Positions 37,670-52,625 of a stretch of 64,000 nucleotides of DNA are shown here, in pieces (within the stretch, counting starts at the first letter, position 1; each line of letters begins with the position of its first letter). The notes beneath the pieces are model-generated. The model had not been told where the DNA came from. It saw only the letters and a list, made by a program, of their open reading frames with translations, and did no database searches. The position numbers and the translations under genes are program-made. Source of the stretch: Octopus sinensis (lineage: Eukaryota); the NCBI RefSeq assembly GCF_006345805.1, contig NC_043002.1, positions 43,524,001-43,588,000 on the forward strand. Direction: 5' to 3'.

Positions 37670-39110
37670 AACATCATGAGAGAAAAGAGTATTTCGTAGT
37701 GCGACGTATAAAAATTATTCTATAGAAGAAAAGGAAGTACTTGCTATCGAGGTGAACAAATGCAAAGAGGAGTATGATTCTGAATTAGGGCGAATGAAAG
37801 GGAAAACTCATTGGGATGCTAAAAGGAAACGCCATGTCTCAGACACCTCGAAACAGGGATATCTAGCCACAACAGTTCGTTTGTTTTACTTGAATGTGGC
37901 CGGTGTCAAAAACTCTGAATGACTATTTGATTCCGCTGTTAAAGTAGCCAAACGCTGCCATGAAAAATATTTGAAACGAATTTGACAGCGCTGAAAAAAA
38001 GTCCAAAGAAACGTTTCAGAGTCACTGAAGGAGGTTGTAAAGCAAGAGCACCTGGGTGTGAGAGACGCCTTGTTTGAAGGGTTTGTAGATGTTAGAACAT
38101 CGATGCATATGAGATTACCACAAGCTCTTTTCCTATTACAGGCTGAGAAATTTTATGAGGAGTGGATTTGCCGACACCCAGATACTCCATCTGAAGAAAA
38201 GATTTGTTTTTTCAAAAGGCTGGATGAAAGGTTGGCAAAAAGAGTATGGGGTATCACAGAAATTTCTAAACAAACGCATTTCAATCTCTAAAGAGCAATG
38301 TGATGGGTGCATTCAGGATTTTTGAATAACAAATGGAGTGTGCATCGTTATTTCCTTGAAAAATTTGGCGTACATCCTCCCATTATCAATGAAGATCAAA
38401 TGCTCTTGCACCGGAATGAGAGTAGCGGACAAGCTACATTGTCATTCAGAAATCAAGATACCTTTGTCGAAGAATGACACCATTTGTCAAGGAAACGTAT
38501 CACAGCATTCACCCAGGTTAGCAATGATACCAAGATCAATCTTTTCCCAGAGCTTGTATTCAACGGAACTGGAAAAAAAACACCACTACTGAATGCCCTG
38601 CCTACAATGAAATATCAACGGTCTCCTAAATGTTCTTATAGATCAAACCGATTTAATATATTTTCACATGCAAACTTTGCCTTTTATGTGCTCGATGATT
38701 ATATGTGCATTTGATGCCGGAGGTTAGAGATGCTCTCTGGAAAAGGGGTTATGTGCTAGTTATCATTGGCGATGGCATCAGTGGATTTGTTCCAGTTAAC
38801 GACCCGCAGTTGCACAAACAACCGAAAGCAAAATACCGAGTTATAGAGAAAGCAAAGATACTAGAAAAGTTAGTTCAAACACCGAATAAAATAACCATGC
38901 CCGATCGATCCAAAATGATGCAGATGCTACAGTCAAGCTTATGCAAATTGCATGATTGATATCGAAGCTGCTTTCAAATCGATGTGGGCCACAAACGCTT
39001 TCGGTGGCTCTGAACATTATAAAGGAGTCGGACCGAATCATTCACCTCGTCGGTCCGTCGATGCGAGAGTTTCGTCTAGAGATGATGTCAAAACCTTGTC
39101 CAAATACTAT
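37670..39110 (+). pseudogene. pogo-family DDE transposase pseudogene
   Basis: Fragmented frames: VRDALFEGFVDVR..RLPQALFLLQAEKFYEEW (CENP-B/Tc5 HTH), INEDQMLLHRNES, RKRITAFTQVS..PELVF.GTG, YVLDDY..HLMPEV..IGDGISGF..VND..HK; stops and frameshifts. Confidence 0.8.
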
Positions 39111-39749
39111 TCACAGCTGAATCTGTCTGAAATGAAATGGAAAATAAGTCAGTTTCAAAACATTGAGACCCAGACCACAAAAGCAAAGTTAGAAGGGAAT
39201 AAAAGTAATTTCCTTTGATTTCTAGATAGACAAAATAAAATTAAAATTTTGTAACATTGTGCAATGAGTTGTCTAATTTCAAAGAGTAAAATCCGTAAAA
39301 TCGTCAATGCGATTGATGTTCAGTTCGATCTTCTCTTGGCGCAGTAATGATGACGAGGGGGGTAGGTAGTGTATCAGATGGGTTTCATATAGTGACTTCT
39401 GAGGATAGCTTTAAATTTTATTGCAAGAGGTTCTCAACCCCATTATAGAGGAATCCTATTAGATTGCTCAAGGAGTAATTGTGTCCTCTTTTCAATATAC
39501 TGACAAAAACTTGTATTAAGATTATTTCTTCTTATGACTATGGAGGTGATGAACTAGTGAAGGAGTCTTTGTACAGCAACTAGATCTGCTAGAAACAATA
39601 GTCAAATCTTCTTAAACACAATACCTACCGTCTTATTAAGAAGGAGAACTCTGGACAATGTGATCCATGATATATAAAATGATCAAAGCTAGAATATCTT
39701 TGAAAATAGATTTGCCCGTCGCTAAACAATAACAAGAACTATAAAGCTT

Positions 39750-39875
39750 ATCACCGTGATCACCGTGACCGACCAGGCCATCAGATGTTGTTACACATTG
39801 CTGGTCACAATGCTCTTCGCATTGTTTTAGCCTTCAAATGACGCCACCCCGCTGGCTAAGCGAGCAGGCCAATAA
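39750..39875 (-). mobile_element. 3' tail of SINE family C subtype (as at 55436-55560)
   Basis: gaccaggc.atcagatgttg.tac.cat.gctggtcacaatgc.cttcgcattgtttt.gccttcaaatgacgccacccc is shared with 55450-55555. Confidence 0.8.
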
Positions 39876-41104
39876 AGCTTATATAACACCTATTTGTTTT
39901 GAAGGAACAGAAGATGATGTATACAATTATATGTCTAACACAGAGGGGTTCAATATAGTATTGCTTCCCAAAATTACTATTCGTAAAATGCTGTCGCTTG
40001 TTTAGAAACTTGGAATAGCGGAAAGACAAAAAAAAAAAGAGGGAGAAGTTTCTTGAACTAATGACTGATGAATACAAAGCGGGCCGAAGTTCTCTGTTGC
40101 ATTGCCAATATTTTGCAGGTATGGTTCAGTGCTCGTTGTTGATCCAACACTTAGAAGTTAGATATTATTGTAGTGATTATATCAATTACTTCATTAGTGG
40201 TGGTGGGGGCACTCCAGTATGGTCCCAACCTTATAACTGGAACCAGTTAAATAAGAGTGTAGTGATGTAAGATCTTCAATATTATATCTATATATTGGTT
40301 TCAATTTTTGGCACAAGTCCAGTAGTTTTGAGGGAGAAGTAAGTCGATTACATCGACCTCAGTGTTCAACTGATACTTATCTTATCGATCTCGAAAGGAT
40401 GAAAAGCAAAGTCGGCATTGGTGATACCTGTATATAAAGCGAAATCATAGCTAGAAACGTTCCTTTCCTTCCTTTTTTACTTTTTTACTTTTTTAATTCA
40501 TGCGAGCTCCCATTTACTATTCATATATTCATTCATAACTGATTGTTTTTGTTGATTTATGAATTAATAGTCTAGATTGTGTTTTGTAAAGACTATAAAA
40601 TATATTTGTATTCTACTCGTTCAGCTTCAGATATCGGATTTATATATATAATTTATTGGTAGAAAACACCTGCTCACTGTTTTCAAGCAGTAGCTAACAA
40701 TAGCAGAACAACGTTATGAAACAGGTCATGTATCCATAATTGTGCATGATTTAAAATGAAACTGAAAAATCATGAATATCATTCTATTTAATCAACTCCG
40801 AAACAGAAACGTTCATCAGCTGATTTTGATTTAAGCGTTGCTACTATTAGCAAGAATCAAAGAAGAAATCAGAACGTGTATAATTAAAGATCTAAAGAAA
40901 CATTTAAAAACACCATGTATAAGTATTGGCATTTATGGAAACAATGGAAAAAGGGCTATTATTTTGGACAGAAGTTAAAGCCAATATCACAATACCCATA
41001 TGTAAATATATATATGCCTACATATATATGTGTACATGTGTGTGTGTGTGTGCGTGCGTGTGTATGTGCGTGTGTGTGTGCATGTTTATATACGTGTATA
41101 TAGA

Positions 41105-41400
41105 TATCTATTGTATAAAATCCGTTCCGTCTGTCTGTGTGTTTGTCTTCTAGGATCTTGGGCATCCTCCATCCGATTGCGCTCAAATTTGATATGTAGA
41201 TACCGACGGTATCAGGGAGTGTATAAGTCTTGAAAAAAATTATAAAAATCGATTCTAGGTGAGAATGCGATCGATAAAGCCGTGGGAACGTGCATTTGTA
41301 CGCATAAGTACATCAGTCGAAATCCGTCTTTTGCTGGTGTCTCGAATTTAGGTTAAATCAGTGTTTCTCAAAGGGGAGGCCTATGGGACGGTCGGACAAG
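41105..41400 (+). mobile_element. 5' part of a non-autonomous Helitron-like repeat
   Basis: A|TCTATTGTATAAAA followed by (gtct)n/gtgt microsatellite, the same 5' architecture as the complete element at 53230-53741. Confidence 0.45.
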
Positions 41401-41568
41401 TTGTTTTGAGAAAATTTTGTTTAAATGTTTGACAACTCAGCAGTCCATTGGACGGCGGTGGGGGGGGGCGTTTTGCTCGTATGTACATAAAAATATATCT
41501 GCATAACTTGTTATATTTATGTATGTGTATGTGTGTGCGTGCGTGCGTGCGTGTGTGTAGTGAGAGAA

Positions 41569-41599
<31 letters not shown>

Positions 41600-42536
41600 A
41601 GAGAGTGGGAGAGATAAAGATTCACTATAGAGCAAACATTTTTCTTTATTACAGATTTTCCATATTTTTATAAGTTTCTTGCAGTCATTTTGGAAGAACA
41701 ATGTTTCTACATCCATATTAAACATTTGCAGACCTTCACTGATTTGGCTTTTGTGTTGCTTCTTTTATAGTGGTCGAATTCTTGTAGATTTTTACCACCA
41801 AAGGTGTTTTTCTAGCGTTAGACTTATACGTTAGAAGCGATATGTTAATAAGTTATGTAATGGCCAAATTAATGTATGCTTTAGCACCTAAATTTTTATT
41901 ACCGTTACGCTTCCATTTCAACAGCCACTTGTTAATTTTTAGGTATGTAGATTGTTTGCGTGTATTTTTTGATTATTACTTCGCGATATGAGCGAAGCTT
42001 CCACAATTCTATTAGTTTCCTGAGGAATTTTATAGAGTATGCAAGTATTATCTACTCGTATTTTTTCTTTCTAACTTTGTTTTTGGTTTGTAGTAATATC
42101 TACTTCTTCTCACCGGGACATTTTTCCACACATTGTATTAATAAATAAATAAATCACAAGATTTTGCATGTGAGTACTTGAAATGTCACGCGTTTCGGTC
42201 ATGGAGATGGATATGTTAACGTGTTACGCATTCTCTACAAGCCAATCTCGAAGTGCAACTAGCAGGGGTATGTTCCGTTGTGCTTGAGAATATTCTGGCT
42301 AATGCATTGCCATGCTACTTTCCCTTACTTCAGTCGTTTAAGCAATCTGAATTATGAAAGCCGGCGATATAATCCCAAAGGTTTCAGTATTCTAAATATT
42401 ATACAATCTGTTGTACGTTTCCCACACACAAACACACATATACACACACACGCACGCACACTAACTCATAAAAAAAGCACGTATTTATCCCTCTCTCTTC
42501 CACTCTCTTTCTCTTTCTAGCTCTCTCTCTCTCTCT

Positions 42537-42638
<102 letters not shown>

Positions 42639-42653
42639 TATAGTGGTTGTATA

Positions 42654-42822
42654 GTGGTTGTATACTGTCAACTTAACGTGACAGTCCCGTAAAGGGAATC
42701 ACACCACCGCTATTTAGCCCTAGGAAGCATCGACGCTTCCTGTCGGCTTTGACACATTTCCAGTGTCCTTATATTTGGAAGGGGAGACAAGCCCCCCCCC
42801 CACTAGCTAGTATACAACCACT
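42654..42822 (-). mobile_element. Diverged relative of the 352-nt retrozyme-like element, with 14-bp inverted ends
   Basis: Collinear similarity to 16743-16850; agtggttgtatact and agtatacaaccact are inverted; no HHR core retained. Confidence 0.55.
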
Positions 42823-43280
42823 CTATCGCTCCACCACCGCTCATGTCTCTCTGAGATATTTAGAAATTTAATATTTCTAATTTTGGTGATCAGTGAATAG
42901 ATTTCACTGAAAAAATATATATTTGCGAAGGCTTGGCAAACATCTGAACTAGCAGGCCTTTTTTTTTTGTTTGTTTTTTTAAGCTAGTCCGGTGAAAACG
43001 TTATACTGTTGTAAAAACAGCGTTACACGTTCGGTTCTCTTGGGAAGTCGGAAAAGTCGGTTTGAGTTAAAAGGTTTATTTGTTTTTATTGTTTTTCACT
43101 GAAGAATTTAGTCTGTCTGTTTGAGACAGACGAAGGATGTGATAATTTGACCAAAAGAACCGGTTATTTTGAGCAAAAATATATACTAACAAAAAAAAAA
43201 GCGCATTTGGACAAATTTGGACATACCACAGTTTAACATAATAGCAACGATATATATATATATATAGACAGATACACATG

Positions 43281-43322
<42 letters not shown>

Positions 43323-44959
43323 ACACACACACACACATACGGATATAATCAATATAAAACCAACCCTTTAAACCCTTAAGAAGGCATATTACTGTTTGTA
43401 GTTACTGACATTATAATCTGTGAGATCTGTTTAATGATACTACCACCAAAATATAAGGGATTACAACACTGGACCATAACAGACACGAAACGGCAATTAC
43501 CTTCTTCTGATCACTGCTGACTCTTCTATATTAACAAAAGCGAAATTTTGTCTGTCCGTCTGGGACCCCTGTATCTACATTTTCTCTACATAAACATATT
43601 GTACCTCTTTTGAAATCAGGATGATCCTGATTTCGAAAATCTGCCCTTAATTTGGTTCTTAAACATCCAGCATTAGGATCTGATTTAAAAGCATTTGGGT
43701 TGCTATTTCTAGCAGGTGACGATTAGATGATTCAAGCTATCTTGGTGGCATTTTTCAAATGACGTCAGAGATCAAGGGGGAGATAAATGACATTTCTTCG
43801 TTAATTTTACGTCGAGATAAGAAATTTGGGACAAATTGACCAACAGTTGGAATTCAACTTGGGACTAGAACAATAGAATGATTGTATTACAGAATTAATT
43901 CTTATCAGTCCTTATCCTCTGATCAAACATAACCGGATCATATAGTCCTTATAAACGCATCATAGTCATGCTTTCCAGCTCTCTTAAGTTTTGGGCGACA
44001 GGCCCAGTTATCCCTCCACGGGAGCAAGCTTAAATGTCCGTACGGACTGCGGCTTTTCTGCTAGTATTTGATATTATGTGGTTTTCCAATGCGTTCCTTT
44101 ACGTTGCGTGTTCAAATAACACCCGGATCAATTCTGAGATCGATTGAATTGAATGATGTTTGCGTTCACCTTTTTGGCCTTGTGGTTAAGAAACAATGTT
44201 TAAAACTAAAGCCCAAATTAGTACACATCACTACCGGAAATCTTTTCAATTTGTAGCTACATCAAGTGCATTAACGAAATTACTGCTTCTTCCGGAATCA
44301 GTGCAATCAATTTATTGATGGAATTAAAGTGTACATACGTTTGTGTGTGTGTGTCCGCGTGTATACATAGGTTCTGAATTCAATCACGTGTGTATTAGGG
44401 TCTGAATTCAATCACTGCTGGGGTAGTCTTTGTTTTTCATCCTTCCGGAATCGATGAAGGAAACAACATTCAATTAGTGAAGCTGATTTAACTGGTAGTG
44501 TCCTCTTCCAAACTCCGTGACCTCTTCGTCGATGACTGAGTTTTTCATATGTTTTGCAACAAAATTTGTCAATTCTACTCCTTTTAAACAGCAGATACCT
44601 TCAAATGATAAGACAATAGTGATAAATAACAGCACATTTTTATTGCCGAAGTATAAAAATCACAAGAGGTGTGAGTCATTTCAATTCAACACTGGACTTG
44701 ACATTTTATATTTAAAAACAGTCTTTATTTTTTATCAAATATCACCGCTTGAAATGATTTACTATCTAAGGAAACAAACAGAGCAATGAAAACTACAGTA
44801 TCTTCATCAATGGTGTCTTTAGCGACTGGGTTCTCTTTAGGAATGTACACGATTCCACTTTTAATTTTTTTTTTTCAGTAAGGTAGCCAACATACTCGGT
44901 ACGACAGCGCCAACAAGGAAACCTGTGCGTAATCATTTTACCTACCAGAACGTGTGTGT

Positions 44960-45168
44960 GTGTGTATCCTTGTGATTCTGTTTGCTTTCCACCGTTTGGC
45001 AACCAGTGTTGGTTTGTTTACGTCCTTAAAATTTAGCGGTTCAGCAAAGAACAAACTGGTAAATTATGTACCAGATTTTAAAAGAATAAGTCTGGAGATT
45101 GATTAGATCGACTAAACCCTTCCAGGTGGTACCCAAGCATGGCCGAAGACAGTGACTGAAACAAGTAT
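44960..45168 (+). mobile_element. SINE family B, 3' half, degenerate
   Basis: gttggtttgtttacgtcc..ttagcggttc.gcaaa..; tail ggtggtacccaagcatggccg..tgactgaaacaagta. Confidence 0.65.
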
Positions 45169-47074
45169 AGTGCACACACACGAGTGTGTGGTATTTTGTG
45201 TGTGTGTGTGTGTTATATGTAGCTATGTATGTATGTATGTATGTATGTATGTATGTATGTATGTATGTATGTATGTATGTATGTATGTATGCATGGTGCA
45301 TGTATGTCCTGGGTATGACTTGAAACCTCATCCAGTTATGGGGCTCTGGTACAGGTGTTCCAAAGTTTTCGGGAGTGTGTAATCACCTCTTAGTTACTAT
45401 CGTTCCCAAGTCTATTCCGACCCGGAGTAGCAGCACCTGTCAGGGTCCGAGTTATGAGTAAACTAGCATGTAAACCAATGGGAATGAAGAACCACTAGTT
45501 CTCGTTAGAACTTCCATTTAGAAGAAAGTAAACTCGTATAAAAAAAAAACCTCAAGTGCAGTTGGTTTCTGGTTGTCTCAGTCTCTGCTGCACCACTGTT
45601 TCATAGCTGATTGCAAAGAAAAGATGGTTCAGTGCTGTGCATCATTTTATCCACTTGAAACAAATTCACGCAATGGAACTTCTTGAACTCTCAGGACGTT
45701 TGCACGGACTTACGAAGCTTACTGAGGAAGTGGTGTTACTCGGTGACTAGTTGGCTTCCTTCATGTATGTGAATGATCGTGTATTAGTGTGTGCATGTGT
45801 ATGTATGTATGTATGAATGAATTTCATTGTGTACGTGCATGTATCTTTTTCCCAAGTATATCGATGAAAGAAATGAAAATATCGACGAGAAAACCAAAAG
45901 CGAATACTTTGCAAGTAACAAAAAATTACCTTGTGTAGTATTTCTTCTGTCCGATTCGCATTATAAACCCCTACTCACTCTCACCAACATAACTGCAGTG
46001 AATGGAAAAGATTGTTTCACTGGAAGCATATAACCAACAACGCTATTTTTCACCAAACGGGATTTAAAACAAACTTATGAATAAATAACAATCCGGATAT
46101 CGAAATATTTCTCTTTCATCCTGTACAGTATGCTAGAAAAACAAAATCAGGAACATCTGTTTCATAAACTTTACATATAAGCTTGCAATACAAAGACACC
46201 TTGGTAAATAAAATATACCGACAGCGTATTTGCATATAACCTCATGGATAGATACTACGTGCTGAAATCTTGTAAATTCTTACCATCAATATTTACAAAA
46301 TCTATAACAAGCCAACGAAAGGACTACAATGTGCTATCGGTCGACCTTTTAGGAATAATACCCAAATGTCAATCTACCTCAAATCATCTGTATCGTCTTA
46401 GAAACTGGGAAGGACGATCAGTCATGGGCGAACTGCTTCCCGTTTTGAGGTACATTGGCATTTAGGTATTCTGAAATGCACACCCAACGAAAAATTACCT
46501 TGCATTTTTTTTAGTAGTGCATCCAGCCTTATGGTGAGCCATGTCTCATCTTAAGGCGAACCGCACTACAAAACTTTCTGGCAAAGGTTGCCTATGTCTG
46601 ATATTGACATAGATATATAAAAAAAAGTGATAGGATGCACACAGCTAGAACACCTTTGGTCATATGCCTGTTTTATTATACTGTCCCGAGACAAAGCAGA
46701 AGAACAACAGTAGAATCTGTATCTGATCATATTAATGATAGATTAGCAGAATCGGCAGAGCGTCGTACAAAATATCCTTGAGATATTTAAGTACATCTTT
46801 ACTACGTTTTGACTTTAAATTTCGGACCCCGTTAGAGTCAATTTTCCCTTTTATTCTTCCGGAATCAACAAAGTGTCAGTTAGGAAATGGGGCAGATTGT
46901 AATTGACTACACCCTCGTCCACAATTTTAGGGCCTGTACCTATATTAGAAATCATTGCTTACTCACCTAATAAAAAAGAAAAACAAATGTTTCTGATATA
47001 CCCTCTTTTTTCACTTCTATGAAATAAAATCCTAAAAACAGGGAGTGAAAAGGGCACTAAACAGAGTTTACCTA

Positions 47075-47582
47075 CCGTAAATCCTCAAGTATAGTCCGCC
47101 CTTGAGTATAATACGCAGGGGATTTTTAGGGGGCTGTACCCCTGAAAAACCTAAACCTTGTGTATAATACGCACCCCTTCTCTAACTTGAGTCAAGGAGG
47201 TCTATATAACGTCCTTGGTTTGTAAAACTGTATACGGTAACGTCCTTTATTATTATTTTATATATAACATAATGTAAACGTGTAGCTTTTGTGCGCATTT
47301 TGTTTGCAGAAAATAAAGAAATAACAGTAATAACGTTTAATAAATGTTGCTTACTGCAAGTTATGGATGATTCTTTTATGACTTCATTGCTTTCAGGCTT
47401 CACTTAAGGTATTTTCTCGTCCGACATCACAAAATGCGTCGGACTAAACATTGCCGGACAGCAGAGACGCGGACATTGCTTAGAAAATAATTTTCATTTT
47501 TAACCTCGTATATAGTACGCACTAGGGATTTTGACCTTTAAATTTTTGGGAAAAAATGCGGATTATACTCGAGGATTTACGG
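47075..47582. mobile_element. pogo-type MITE
   Basis: TIRs CCGTAAATCCTC(A/G)AGTATA(G/A)TCCGC at both ends; TA target duplication (47073-74, 47583-84). Confidence 0.88.
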
Positions 47583-47943
47583 TATTTCAATTTATTGGGT
47601 TTTCTCCTCCCCAACCAAATTTTTATATTACTTCTATTTTCGTTATAAATGAGGTTTCTGTTTATCTTTTTCGCAATGTTTCAGTGGTCTGTTTATTCAT
47701 GTAACTATATATCCATGATAACACAAGACAAATTAAAAATGGTCTAATCTAATCTAACAAAATTTCTCTCTTTCTCTATCTCCACCCCCTTTCTTTCCAT
47801 ATATACGTATGTGTGCGTATTTGCATATCTGTATATTTGTGTTTGTGTGTTTGTAGGTGCATTTCATTTTATGACGTCAACAATACATACATATATACAT
47901 TATATGTATATGATATAATATAATATATATAATATATATATGT

Positions 47944-48021
<78 letters not shown>

Positions 48022-49137
48022 TTTGACTATTTATCTATTTATCTATCGTAATTACTAGAAAAAATTCCAGCTGTTAATATATTCCAATACTCCGTCTTTT
48101 GCTGTTTTATACTGCATAACATAAAGCTAATGATATTACAGACATTTGCAAAATCTTCATTTTTAAATTTAACAATTTTTATAATTTTTGCATAATAATA
48201 ACGCTATATCGCCGAAAATTTACATAGACATATTTATACAGATTTAGACGCGCTACATCCACAGATTAAGACACATACATGCCTTCCTGTACTGGTACAC
48301 ATCCCCATGCGCTTGTGATTCAACACACATATTCGTACAAATAAATACATACGCATTTAAAAATCCAATGTGTGTGTGTGTCTTCCTGTTTGCCTGTGTG
48401 TACGGGTTTGTGTATATGCGTGTGTGCGCGTGTGTTTGTGCACGTGTATAAAAGGCAGCGAGGGACCCTCTAAATGGTCACTCGACTAGCTGCAACTAGC
48501 AACCAGATCTCCTACAAATCACACCCTACTATTTTAAAAATAACACATCGACTGATGTCCAAAATTTACTGCCTGAACGTCATATCTTTTTTCAACAACT
48601 TTCTTTGTCGATGAATCTTTTTTTTATCACATTTACACCCAACACTTTTAAAAATTACGCATCATATATGTAGCATATGTGTGGGTTCTAATTTTCATGA
48701 TTTAACCGGAAGTTGTGATCAACAAGTGTTTGATCTAAGAAATAAATGTTTATATAACTAGTCATTTTTATAACATCCATATGCTTCTTCTATAAACATA
48801 ATCCCGAGATATATTTATTTGCAATGCTATATTTTGCAAGGTTAAGCATCTTGCTTGCAGACTTGACTTTATCTCCTATTTAGCTTACCTTGCATCTAAT
48901 GCGACTGTATAATGGATGAAAAACTGAATAACATAAGCTAGGAAGCCGGATAAGCAAATCCGCTGGGCACTGTAATTGTTGCTAATAATACAACATTGGA
49001 AACAAACCAAATTATCTCAGGCCGTTAGCAAAAACTTATGAAAAATTGCGTACGGGATATCAGCATTTACGTGAGGTCACATTATCTCACTATACTTTCT
49101 TCCACGCATACATAACTTATACCTTATATATGACTTA

Positions 49138-49702
49138 TTGGGTTGTCCGGATAGTTCGTGCCGATTTATAGCAGCTTACTTTTCGACTTATTTATGAACA
49201 TGGTTGAGTCCATAAAATAGGATTTAACCACACCTCCATTTAGAGCTCAGTTTAAGCTATCTTTTCTTGGAAGAAGGTTTATGTTCCTATAACCTGTGTT
49301 AATTCTGTAACCCTTTAAAATGGAAGAGAAGAAAGTTTATTTTCGGCACTTAATGCTTTGGGAACCAGACAAAAATTGCTGCAGCTCGGTTAGGATGTGT
49401 TAGCCACCCTACATATTCACCAGATATTGCTCCTTCGGATTTCCACTTATTCAGGTCTCTGCAAAATAGTCTTAATGGTAAAAATTTCAATTCCTTGGAT
49501 GGCGTAAAAAGATACCTTGATGAATTCTTTGCCATGAAACCACCTCAATTCTTGGAAGAGGGTATTTTCAAGTTGAAGGAAAGATAGAGACGCATTGTGC
49601 AACAAAATGGTTCATATTTGGTTGATTAAAAATGTAATGACAAGTATTTATTGACCTTTTTCTTTCCTTTAAAAATCGGCACGAACTTTCTGGACAACCC
49701 AA
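49138..49702 (+). mobile_element. Internally deleted mariner element
   Basis: 30-bp TIRs TTGGGTTGTCC(G/A)GA(T/A)AGTTCGTGCCGATTT with TA TSD. Start MEEKKVYFRHLML is joined to C-terminal YSPDIAPSDFHLFRSLQNSL..GIFKL.ER. Confidence 0.92.
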
Positions 49703-51597
49703 TACATTATTCGATTTCTTTGTTACCTTTGAGAAACGTTTTATATTTATCTAAATGTGAATATCTCAAGGAAAGACTGAAAGAATGTTGAACTTCCACC
49801 CACCATGGCACTGGGAGCAATTGCAGCAACACAAAACGTTACAGCCAGAAATTTGAGTTTCACATTCTGTACTGCAATTCTCTTAACCAAAATATAAACA
49901 AATTGTACAGTTGATATATAAGGAGATGCTGTTTAAATATGATATCCCATAACGTGATATATATAAATTCAATGTTTTATGTTTGACTCCAATATACTGT
50001 AAACAATATTGTACTTAGATGCACAGAATAGCATATTTTCCCCTACGACACCATTTTAGAATATCTTTCAATAAACGTATGATGGAATGTACAGCATTTA
50101 TTTTATCACAAAATATACTCAGGTGTACTTACAAACTCGAACAATGTCCTATACGGTATTTTCTAGATCTAATATTTTAAAAACGTTTTCTTATTTTGTG
50201 CTCTTCTGTTGTTGTTTTTTTAACTTTTTGTGCTGTTTTTTTTTTTTTTTGCTCTGCTTTATTTTATATTTTTTTACTTATTTTTCAATGCGAATAAGTT
50301 TTAAATAAAATAAACTATCTTGATTACAGCTATATCGTCATGATTTGGATATGAAATATCACGTTTGTGTCAGGCGCATGAACACTCATACACACACATA
50401 CACGCACACATTCACTCACAAACACACACCCTCACTCTTATACACGCGTACACACATACATATACACACCAACACACACAAGCACGCACACACAGTCTCA
50501 GATGCTCACAGACCACATGCATATATGCATATTTTCTTGATTAATTAATATGACGTTAATTGATATTTTGTATAGCGGAGGTTGTATTTTAGACGAACGT
50601 TTATTTTCCATCACACAATGTCTGGCTTCTGTTGTTAATTTCCTGCTAAACGTAGACTAGATTTCCTTACTTCGTTTCTGTACCAGAACCGTCTTCATTT
50701 GTTTAATTATAAGTTGTTTATTTTCTTCGTCTATTCTGTAATGACCTTACGCTCTGTCTGCAAAGAGTGCACATTGATTTAGTTAGATATCGAAAACTTA
50801 AGCTCGGCTGAGCCGATAGACTGGTTTGCATTAGATATTCATATCCTGTTAATGTTTCAACGTTGGACAGAATCTGAAATCAGAGGAACTTGTTCCGATA
50901 TGCATCGATAATGATTAGTATATAGGAGAGATCAATAATTTTAATTGTCGCCATGAGTGTAGAATCTAACGTTTGTGATCCTTGCTGTTCGTCTGAGACC
51001 GAGGAAGAGAAAGATGTGGCCTTCCCGCTTGGGCTTTAGACAAGTATTTTAATATGACATATTTCATTTTAATTAGCCTAGTTGGTTGTAAATGATGACA
51101 GAAAGACAGATCTTACACAAAACTACCATATAATTTTCACAAGTGTTTAGTTTTGTTTCACACATTAATTTGGCGTGGGTAGGATTTATTTGTATAAGAA
51201 AACTTCCATGCTGCAACGATTCAGTGGATTATAGAAATGATTTCATTAAGTGCAATAACTATTAACTATTGAATTAAGACTAACAAACATTGACTACATT
51301 TTATTTTAGTCTTGCAGCTGTGTTATACTGTTCGGTTATCGTTAAAAACTGGATTCATATAACGTGATTCAAGAAAGGCTCCGTCAGTTGATGCTTTTCG
51401 CGAGTAATGTCGTTATCACGTTATGGAAGATTCAAATGCAGTTCAGAATGGTTTGATTCTATTAGCCACGACACAAATAAATGTGGCAATATCGTGGAAA
51501 GCATTTCACTTGCGCTTCTGATTTTCTACAGAAACCATGAGCACCATGACTCTTTATATATATATATATATATATATATTCCGTAGGGTACAGTATT

Positions 51598-51710
51598 ACA
51601 TATCCATCACGGCCGATTTTACCAATCGGTTTCGCGCTAGGGATACAACAGAGTGTTAGGTAACAATCCGATTATATAACTCTGCGCTCATCAGAGGTAG
51701 CTGATATGGA
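51598..51710 (-). ncRNA. HHR-like motif with long stem II (degenerate)
   Basis: Minus strand CTGATGA-GCGC-agagt..actct..-GCGC-GAAA-CCGAT tggtaaa ATCGG-CC. U16.1 appears mutated and stem I is weak. The host segment lies between (TA)n tracts. Confidence 0.5.
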
Positions 51711-51828
51711 ATGAAATATAGCGCCATATTTCATATGATACTGTACACTTCGGATAACATACCCACTCTGTTGACAAATACACGAGTGCAATCTTTTTTC
51801 CTGACTTATTGACTTTTTGACGACTTAC

Positions 51829-51876
<48 letters not shown>

Positions 51877-52249
51877 TCTCTTTTTACAATCCAGTCGTCC
51901 TTTCACACGGAATTTCATCTTTTTCTAAACCAAAGACCCCGAAGTGACTGATATACGTTATGTGTGTCATTATGTATATCAGAAAAAATATATATAAGCC
52001 GAACCAATTTGTTGGCCTTTTTGGGGCTTTATAATTATTTATGTTATATAACACTATGTTATATATTATATTCCTGGTACTTAATGTAATATTGTAATAT
52101 AAATAGATTATTGTCAATAGAATGTCAGTATATTTATCTTTATAATTGAACTATACCTATATTTATATGGTGTCCAACTGAAGTACCAGTGAATTGGATG
52201 TTTAACACACCCCTTTCAAGGATTTATTTTCCTCAGTTTGTTACTTTAA

Positions 52250-52339
52250 ATGTGTGTGTATATATATATATATATATTTATGTATGTATATAAATAAATA
52301 TATATATAACACACACACATATATGTGTATATCTATATG

Positions 52340-52384
<45 letters not shown>

Positions 52385-52462
52385 ATATATATATATATAT
52401 ATTTGTATATATATATATATAATATATATATATATATTTGTATATATATATATATATATATT

Positions 52463-52508
<46 letters not shown>

Positions 52509-52531
52509 GTCTATATATATATATATATATG

Positions 52532-52569
<38 letters not shown>

Positions 52570-52625
52570 TAGTTAGTTAGTTATTTATTTATATACATAT
52601 ATACGTAAATATATATATATATATA
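52250..52625. repeat. (TA)n compound microsatellite
   Basis: Direct inspection. Confidence 0.97.
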
